Assembly: GCA_964016885.1 (NCBI GenBank)
Contig: OZ024740.1
Coordinates: forward strand, 309,318,001 to 309,382,000
Source: Eledone cirrhosa
Lineage: Eukaryota
DNA length: 64,000 nucleotides
Direction: 5' to 3'
The notes below the pieces were generated by a model. It did no database searches. It saw only the letters and a list, made by a program, of their open reading frames with translations, and was not told the origin of the DNA. Position 1 is the stretch's first letter; the number at the start of each line of letters is the position of its first letter. Of the stretch, positions 56,476 to 64,000 are shown piece after piece. The position numbers and the translations under genes are program-made.

Positions 56476-57024
56476 CCTATATGTATATATATATATACAT
56501 ACCTATATGTATATATATATATCTATACATACCTATATGTATCTATATATGTATATATATATCTATACATACCTATATGTATATATATATATATCTATAC
56601 ATATATGTATGTATATATATATATCTATACATACCTATATATATATCTATATATGTATATATATATCTATATATGTATATATATATCTATATATGTATAT
56701 ATATATCTATACATATATCTATATATGTATATATATATATCTATACATACCTATATGTATATATATATACCTATATGTATATATATATATATATATATGT
56801 ATGTATATATATATATATCTATATATATATATATCTATATATATATATAGCAGAGTATAAAAGTTTTAATATAGATGAGATTCTACAGGACTAGAACTGT
56901 TTCATTCATTAGAAATCATCAGGAATCTGGGTATCAAAAAATAAAAATGGTATTTATAGGTCTCTACAAGTGGTAGGAGAGGGTGGGGAGTGGGATGACA
57001 TATATATATATATATATATATGTA

Positions 57025-57063
<39 letters not shown>

Positions 57064-57262
57064 GTTAGAATATGTGTAAGGTATGGACATAGAAAAAAGA
57101 ATGCAATAGTGAAAGATATTGATGTGAATTCGTCTTTCACCTTGAATTTATTTAAATGTCCTTAATTTTCGAGATAATATCTCTTCTTCGGAGGGAAGTA
57201 AAGGTCTCAAACCAGCGTCTTTAAATCTCTAATGAAGCCATGCTGATATATATATATCTATA

Positions 57263-57308
<46 letters not shown>

Positions 57309-58229
57309 GATAAATCTACCAAGAGTTTACGGTAGTGTCCAATCCGTATGAAGAACTCAATGTATTTCGGATATCATGGAAAGAAGAGATGTAATGAAAA
57401 ACCACTTTCGGTGAAAGATAAACGGTATACAGAGTCAAGATAAAATATTAAACAAATAATGAATAAACAATTCCTTATATTAAACAAAAAAAGTTCATTA
57501 TTTAACGATCGTTTCTAGGGTATATATGTGTTATAATTGGTATGCATATTCAACAGATCTATGTACAAAATTATACAAAATTATACAAATTATCAAGATT
57601 AAATATACATACCAAACACATATATACGCCGTCTTCAGAAATAATGAAGTATATTTATTGATAATAACAACAATTCAAAATTTCAGTTCAAAATTGACCA
57701 ATGAAAACACAAAGGGTTAAAAGCAGTTCGGTGTGTGTATATACATGTAAAACCCTTACACATATTTTACAAAAATGTATGTATAATTTGTATACGCATA
57801 CTAAAAAGATGGATGCAAACACAAAATTTCAAGGTTAATATCTCTGTAAGCTTACCATGCGCAGATAAGATGCGCATTGATACTTATGGAGTCAAGTATA
57901 TAAATATATTTTTTCATACTCACACATATCAGTACAATCACACATACACGCGCGTATATGCATAAATATACACATAACCACGAACATACAAACACACACA
58001 CACCCCCACTCACATTTATATATGTGGATATAAAATCATAAGCACATGGATATTAATTCACTCACTTAAAACACTGGCACACACATTTCTAGATCAAGAT
58101 ACAGAAATTAGGTGGGAGGGGGGGGAAGGGGTCAGTATTCAATTGTCTGAGCAGACTGCCTAATATAAATGTATCTATAAATTAAGAAAAATAAAAAAAT
58201 AAAACAATAAAATATAATAAATATAATAT

Positions 58230-58467
58230 AATATACATACACATACAGATATATACACATACATACATGTACGCGCACATAGAAATATTTACGCATACAC
58301 ACATACACACATATATATACAGTCATACACACACATACACTTACACGAACATACACATACACATATATAAAGATATATATATACACACACACACACACGC
58401 AACACACACACACATACACATATATATAAAAAATAAATAATAAAGATATATATCCATATATATATAT

Positions 58468-58506
<39 letters not shown>

Positions 58507-58591
58507 CACATACATACACATACATCTAAATATACATACACATACATACACACATACATGTACATACATGTACATACATATACGCACATCG

Positions 58592-58642
<51 letters not shown>

Positions 58643-59082
58643 TAGACATATAGATACATACACACACAACTTACATACACACATATATATATATATAGAT
58701 GTACATTCATACATAGAATTAGATATATAATCATACATACATATGCACCTACTTATACTCATATATATAAATACATACGCTTCCATATATGCGTATATAC
58801 ATAAAAAACACTACAACCTCACCTAACTCAGACATACAAATAAAAATAATAATAAAAAGGCATATGTATATACATACACACACGCATTAATAGAGATATA
58901 TATATATACACACATACATACACATATATATATACATATATATACACATATATATATGTATATATATATATACACACACATACACTCATACATATATATA
59001 TACATATACATATACATATATATCCACACACTCATACCACCATAAATACACATACAAACACCCACATATATATATACACACG

Positions 59083-59116
<34 letters not shown>

Positions 59117-59880
59117 CACATAAAAAACAGACATGCACATATATATATATATATTTTTTTACACTTATATATACACATATTATAAACACATACACAAACT
59201 CACTTATACACATATACACATAAGTTATATTATAATAATAAAGAATAATATACATATATATATATACATATACATATATATATATATATATATATACATA
59301 CATACATACATACATACACATACATACATACACATAAACATATACATACATAAATACACACATACGAATAAAGACATATATTCACACATAGACACCTATA
59401 TATATATATATATCTATATATATATATATACATATATATACATATATATACACACATACACATATACAGACTCATATACACACTCACATATATATATGTG
59501 TATGTGTGTGTGCGCACATACACACATATACACACACACATACAAACACACACAAACACATACATATACATACGTGCACACACACACACATATATATCAC
59601 ATAGATACGAAGATAAACATATAAATAGAGAGACATACATATATATACAACACACATACACACACATACATACACACGCATATACATATACATATATATA
59701 TATACATATATATATTTTCCTATATATACAAGCATACACATATATACACATATATACATATACATACACATATACATACACACATTCACATACACATACA
59801 TATATAATGCATATATATACATATATATACATACATATGTACACTCATATATCCACACGCAATCTTACATTCATATTTGC
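58230..59880. repeat. Degenerate (CA)/(TA) low-complexity region
   Basis: Direct reading of the sequence. Confidence 0.9.
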
Positions 59881-60588
59881 ATGCGCATATATGTATTTTT
59901 ATATTTAGATATAAATACCCAAACCTATATAGACACCTACCTACATATATATTCATACATAGACGCTTACAAATACAGATGATAATAGTATGGGGGAAAG
60001 GGGGGGTTTGGAGAAGGGGATCAAAGTAAATATATGTTTCAAGAAACATATAATATTTTCCATATCTTTATCCAATGTATGTTCCTACATATTTTCAGTG
60101 CTAGGAAATGCGACAAACAAGAACCAAGGCAAAATCTATGCATCTCAAAATAAATAAGTATACCATTAATCATATGTTAACTAAACCAAAGATAGTCAAC
60201 ATATTGATTTCTAAGGTGTAAATTAGTTAGGTTTATAATATTTGAAGCAGAATTTTGAAGTCAAACAGTAGTAGATTATTAATTACAGTATAACTAAATT
60301 AAAGTTAATAACGTTATGGTATCAATATTAGGAAATGAATTTAGTAATAGGGAAAAGAAACCCAAATAAAAATAAAATAAAGTATTACATCGGTAGTAGC
60401 ATATAAATTATATGTTAACTAAATTAAAAATTATATATTTATTTCAATAGTATATGTTAATTAGGTATACAATACATAAAGCAGATATTGTATTTCATCA
60501 ATAGCATAATATAATTATATGCAAATAGAAATCAAAATTAATACGCATACATACACATATACATACACATACACATACACATACATAT

Positions 60589-60625
<37 letters not shown>

Positions 60626-60994
60626 TACACATATATACATACATACAGATACATATACACACACACACACATACACATACACATATACATATACATATCT
60701 TTTTCAAAAAATTGCACAGAATATATTAACTAGGTATATATCCAAAACACATCCCATTCTATGATTACATGACATTCTGCAATTCGTCTGTATAAGGATA
60801 CTAATTTTAAGCAAATTAAAATTAAAATTTTTAGGTTGATTAAAACTAAAACCAAATAATAAATATATTTCCAAAATGTATATTAATTAGGTCTATAATA
60901 CTAAAAATTATTTCTCTGTCATTGGATACACGATATTATTTTGTTATATTTTATCTGTAAAAGAGTTATAATAAATGGTATAAATAAATTAAAA

Positions 60995-61201
60995 TTATAT
61001 ATATATATCTATACCTATATATATATATATACATACCTATATGTATATATATACATACCTATATGTATATATATATACATATTGTTATACTTTGGGAGGG
61101 TCTTGCTAAACAAATTCAGAAACGAAATATATATACATACCTATATGTATATATATATATAGATATATATATACATACCTATATGTATATATATACATAC
61201 C

Positions 61202-61241
<40 letters not shown>

Positions 61242-61395
61242 CCTATATGTATATATATACATACCTATATGTATATATATATGTATATATATACATACCT
61301 ATATGTATATATATATATATATATATATACATGCCTATATGTATATATATATATATACATGCCTATATGTATATATATATATATATATACATGCC

Positions 61396-61433
<38 letters not shown>

Positions 61434-61447
61434 CACATACCTATATG

Positions 61448-61501
<54 letters not shown>

Positions 61502-61565
61502 CCTATATGTATATATATATATATATATATACATATATGTATATATATATATATATATACATACC

Positions 61566-61609
<44 letters not shown>

Positions 61610-61611
61610 CC

Positions 61612-61667
<56 letters not shown>

Positions 61668-61739
61668 CCTATATGTATATATATATATATATATATACAT
61701 ACCTATATGTATATATATATATATATATATATACATACC

Positions 61740-61771
<32 letters not shown>

Positions 61772-61916
61772 CATACCTATATGTATATATATATATATAT
61801 ATATAGACATACCTATATGTATATATATATATATATATATATACATACCTATATGTATATATATATATATATATATAGACATACCTATATGTATATATAT
61901 ATATATATATATATAC

Positions 61917-61949
<33 letters not shown>

Positions 61950-61970
61950 CATACTTATATGTATATATAT

Positions 61971-62043
<73 letters not shown>

Positions 62044-62249
62044 CATACCTATATGTATATATATATATATATATATTTATATACATACCTATATATATAT
62101 ATATATATATATACATACCTATATGTATATATATATATATATACATACCTATATGTATATATATATATATATATACATACCTATATGTATATATATATAT
62201 ATATATACATACCTATATGTATGTATATATATATATATATATACATACC

Positions 62250-62281
<32 letters not shown>

Positions 62282-62287
62282 CATACC

Positions 62288-62319
<32 letters not shown>

Positions 62320-62357
62320 CATACCTATATGTATATATATATATATATATACATACC

Positions 62358-62411
<54 letters not shown>

Positions 62412-62413
62412 CC

Positions 62414-62467
<54 letters not shown>

Positions 62468-62543
62468 CCTATATGTATATATATATATATATATATATAC
62501 ACATACCTATATGTATATATATATATATATATATATACATACC

Positions 62544-62585
<42 letters not shown>

Positions 62586-62717
62586 CCTATATGTATATAT
62601 ATATATATACATACCTATATGTGTATATATATATATATATACATACCTATATGTATATATATATATATACATACCTATATGTGTGTATATATATATATAT
62701 ACATACCTATATCTATA

Positions 62718-62749
<32 letters not shown>

Positions 62750-62767
62750 CATACCTATATCTATATA

Positions 62768-62837
<70 letters not shown>

Positions 62838-62843
62838 CCTATA

Positions 62844-62879
<36 letters not shown>

Positions 62880-62880
62880 C
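60995..62880. repeat. (TA)n tract punctuated by recurring CATACCTATATG
   Basis: Direct reading; dozens of copies with variable TA run lengths. Confidence 0.95.
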
Positions 62881-63005
62881 CTGTTTTCCGTTAATTTTCA
62901 CCGAAAAAATTTTTTGAATACATCTTCTCTTTTCATGATATTCAGATTACATTGAGTTCTTCATATGGATTGGACACTACCGTATATTTTGGTAGATTTA
63001 TCTAC

Positions 63006-63063
<58 letters not shown>

Positions 63064-63100
63064 TACAGAATAATCAAAACTATATTCAAATCATTTTATT

Positions 63101-63145
63101 GCTGACAATCGTTTCTTCCAAACCTTCGTTTGGAATCATCGGAGC
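63101..63145 (-). ncRNA. Hammerhead ribozyme, U4C core variant (left arm of inverted repeat)
   Basis: Minus strand: GCT-CCGATGA-TTCCAAAC gaag GTTTGGAA-GAAA-CGATTG-TC-AGC. Confidence 0.62.
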
Positions 63146-63662
63146 CGAGCACTTGCAAAGTTTAGACATATAAATAACCTCCTATTCCACTGAACAATTG
63201 TAAAGATACATAGATGTTAGTGTTGTCATTAACAGTGTCATATTTAGAGAGTGAAGATGATGTGGTCAGTATCAGTGGATGTGACAAAGATTATAAAAGA
63301 ATAATACAACAATTATAGAGGAATTAAAGAAAAAATTTACTCGCAAAATGAGGACATTAGCAGTCCATATGCAAGTGTATAGAAAGAGTGCAGATGTGTT
63401 AGGCATGTAGAGAATAACCAGGTAAGAAACAACCAAAGGTACTAAGCATATATATCACAGTATGGCAAAGCTATCACATAATACAGTACAGGTATAAAAG
63501 CTTATTAAGCAGATAGAGATGGTTGTGTATGAAAAGCAGTTTCTATGAAGCTTATGGTGGATGTAGTGTGATAATTCATACATACCTATATATATATATA
63601 TAGGTATCTATATATATATATGTTCATACATACCTATATATATATATATATGTTCATACATA

Positions 63663-63704
<42 letters not shown>

Positions 63705-63751
63705 CCTTCATAGAAACTGCTTTTCATACACAAATATAGGTATATTGCAGG

Positions 63752-63798
63752 TGCTCCGATGATTCCAAACGAAAGTTTGGAAGAAACGATTGTCAGCA
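63752..63798 (+). ncRNA. Hammerhead ribozyme, U4C core variant (right arm of inverted repeat)
   Basis: TGCT-CCGATGA-TTCCAAAC gaaa GTTTGGAA-GAAA-CGATTG-TC-AGCA. GUC triplet and 8-bp stem II. Confidence 0.68.
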
Positions 63799-64000
63799 AT
63801 AAAATGTTTTGAACATAGTTTTGATTATTCTGTAATTTATATTCCGGCTCTGTAAAACATCTGATGTATTTACATTGAGCTATTTTTCCTACTGGTAATA
63901 AGGTAGTAATAAATTACTGACCTTTCCTGTTTATAATTATATATAGTGTATATATAAGTATAAATAATATTATTATTATTATATATATATAGGTATGTAT

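Larger units (their letters stand above)
53490..56850. repeat. Multi-kb degenerate (TA)n tract interrupted by SINE, palindrome and LINE-tail insertions
   Basis: Direct reading of the sequence. Confidence 0.93.

Overview
AT-rich eukaryotic genomic DNA. The repeat content suggests an octopod cephalopod, but this is inference. The only host gene is a + strand non-visual (beta-)arrestin. Ten coding exons were reconstructed by hand between 1223 and 41392, all with GT-AG introns and consistent phases; they total 1136 nt and end in TAA at 41392. The N-terminal exons lie upstream of the window. The introns and the 3' flank are filled with transposon debris: RTE-type LINE fragments (one family with a PHD-like finger inside the RT), two tRNA-derived SINE families, a decayed mariner, Helitron derivatives, piggyBac/Tc1/pogo-type MITEs, a MULE remnant, minisatellites and very long (TA)n-derived tracts. 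The most notable unannotated signal is a dense set of minimal type I hammerhead ribozyme motifs of at least six sequence families, including U3-A8 and U4C core variants. Many sit in or next to fold-back inverted repeats embedded in (TA)n tracts, as expected for remnants of Penelope-like or retrozyme-type retroelements. Almost all ORFs in the supplied track are low-complexity artefacts. All coordinates were read manually and repeat boundaries are approximate.
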